Part shown: in pieces, positions 26,315 to 27,589 of the stretch
Layout of the letters: each line of letters opens with the position of its first letter
Position numbering within the stretch: the first letter of the stretch is position 1
Assembly (NCBI GenBank): GCA_041490225.1
Contig: JBGPSS010000001.1
Location: 1-27,589, forward strand
Direction of reading: 5' to 3'
DNA: 27,589 bases
DNA from: Candidatus Hadarchaeia archaeon
Lineage (GTDB): Archaea > Hadarchaeota > Hadarchaeia > Hadarchaeales > Hadarchaeaceae
Notes under the pieces: generated by a model
Told to the model about the DNA's origin: nothing
What the model saw: only the letters and a program-made list of their open reading frames with translations
The model's database searches: none
Position numbers and translations under genes: made by a program

Positions 26315-27178
26315 TCAAGATGCAGATTTAAAACCTTTGCCCAGTACCTCCAAACTCATGTCAAGAGCTGGGGCGCGCATGGTCATGTAGCTGGACGATA
26401 TCATGTCCACCCCAGTTGCGGCAAAATCCCCCACGTTCGACGTGTCAATTCTCCCAGAGGCCTCCAACACGATTTTGTCTCGCAGGCCTTCGCGCTTCAG
26501 CATTTTTATTGTACGTACGATGCTAGTAGGGTTCATGTTGTCGAGCATCACCATATCAGCCCCCGCGCGAGCGGCTTTGATGGCATCCGCTGGTTTGTTA
26601 ACTTCTACTTCTACTTTCACCCGCTTGACTTTGCGCGAGTGGCGAACGGCTTCGACAATGGCGCCGACCAGCCGAATGTGGTTGTCTTTAATCAATATGT
26701 GATCACTGAGCCTGTAGCGATGGGGCTTCCCCCCTGCAACCTTGACCGCGCGTTTGTCGAAGTGAGTCAGGAGCGGCGCAGTCTTCCGTGTGGCGGCGAT
26801 GACAACTTTCGGGTTTCTCCGCCTCGCGCGGTCGATGAGCTCTCGAGTCGCCGTAGCGATGCCGCTCATGCGCATCAGCAAGTTCAGCGCCACCCGCTCG
26901 GCCGCTAGAATCCCGCGAGCTGGGCCATCCAAGCGCATTATCACGCTCCCCGCTCTGACCCGTGCCCCATCTGGCTTGAGGACTTTTACCCTCACGCGCA
27001 TTTCTTTGAAAACCATAGCTGCCTCTGCCACACCTGCAAGTATCCCTGATTGTTTGACAATAACGCTCGCTCTAGCCTTGGTCGCACGATGCACAAGGGT
27101 CTCGGATGTCACATCACCGCTGCCCAAATCCTCGACAAGCATCTCACGAATTTTTTTTCGGACTATCGCATCAGTCAT
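26315..27178 (-). CDS. nadC: Nicotinate-nucleotide pyrophosphorylase (quinolinate phosphoribosyltransferase)
   Basis: EDLGSGDVTS, ERVALNLL.RMSGIAT, ATRKT.P, HRY.LSD.ILIKDNH, EVEV, MLDNM, LEASG.I, D.ISS...LDMSL. Confidence 0.97.
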   Translation of the reverse strand: MTDAIVRKKIREMLVEDLGSGDVTSETLVHRATKARASVIVKQSGILAGVAEAAMVFKEMRVRVKVLKPDGARVRAGSVIMRLDGPARGILAAERVALNLLMRMSGIATATRELIDRARRRNPKVVIAATRKTAPLLTHFDKRAVKVAGGKPHRYRLSDHILIKDNHIRLVGAIVEAVRHSRKVKRVKVEVEVNKPADAIKAARAGADMVMLDNMNPTSIVRTIKMLKREGLRDKIVLEASGRIDTSNVGDFAATGVDMISSSYMTMRAPALDMSLEVLGKGFKSAS

Positions 27179-27589
27179 GGGAGGCCCTCCCCGAAAGTTC
27201 GAGCATTCTTTCGATTGCCGCGCGAGCCTTTCTAGCGATATCGGGTGGCACCGTCACCACATGTTTTCTGTCGCGCAACGACGAGTAAACTTTTTCTAGG
27301 GTGTGCTTCTTCATCTGTTGACATATCGCCGTCTCGAGAGCAGGTATGAACTCCTTGTTTGGAAATTCTCGTCTGAGTCGCTCAATCATACCTATCTCAG
27401 TTGCGATGATGAACTGCTTCGCTGACGACGCTTTCGCACGGACTGACATTTGACTTGTGCTGCATATGTGGTCGGCCAAGTTTTGGACCTCTGGATCGCA
27501 CTCTGGGTGGACGAGGACCTCTGATTTGGGATATTTTTCTTTTAGGAGGGCGATATCCGCGGCGCTGAACATGCGGTGCACATAGCAAC
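27171..27589 (-). CDS. nadA: Quinolinate synthase A (5' end outside the window)
   Basis: The frame continues to the edge as CYVHRMF. VLVHPEC, ICSTSQM, IIATEIGM and CQQMKKHTLEKV are Fe-S/NadA motifs; directly upstream of nadC. Confidence 0.96.
   Translation of the reverse strand, partial: CYVHRMFSAADIALLKEKYPKSEVLVHPECDPEVQNLADHICSTSQMSVRAKASSAKQFIIATEIGMIERLRREFPNKEFIPALETAICQQMKKHTLEKVYSSLRDRKHVVTVPPDIARKARAAIERMLELSGRASHD

Overview
Archaeal chromosomal window, almost entirely on the minus strand. Read in transcription direction (right to left) it contains: nadA (partial) and nadC; a 72-aa winged-helix protein; a DUF763 protein; an RNA cluster of tRNA-Tyr(GTA, intron), a stand-alone 5S rRNA and tRNA-Asp(GTC, intron); a ~1.8 kb AT-rich accessory islet (a membrane-anchored PKD + transglutaminase-like protein and two tiny plus-strand membrane ORFs); and then one uninterrupted co-oriented run of >22 kb. 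That run is tRNA-Lys, rpoH-B-A'-A'', rpl30e, nusA, rps12, rps7, EF-1alpha (no EF-2), rps10, tRNA-Ser, archease, rtcB, a SPOUT methyltransferase, and the S10/spc ribosomal protein genes from rpl3 to rpl6 (cut by the window edge). The undivided rpoB, split rpoA'/A'' and GGTGA-type Shine-Dalgarno sites establish an archaeon. The lineage cannot be fixed from this window; a Thermococci/Hadarchaeota-like or TACK-like archaeon is only an inference. Most notable observations: (1) the 5S rRNA has a 12-nt eukaryote-type loop C (UCCCGUCCGAUC) rather than the 13-nt prokaryotic CGAAC loop; (2) a tRNA-Ser/archease/RtcB module joins the str and S10 clusters, and the archease SD overlaps the tRNA CCA; (3) aIF1 can only start at GUG, which may be autoregulatory; (4) unannotated microproteins in the islet; (5) a candidate abundant wHTH chromatin protein. 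No CRISPR array, transposase, integrase or intein was seen.
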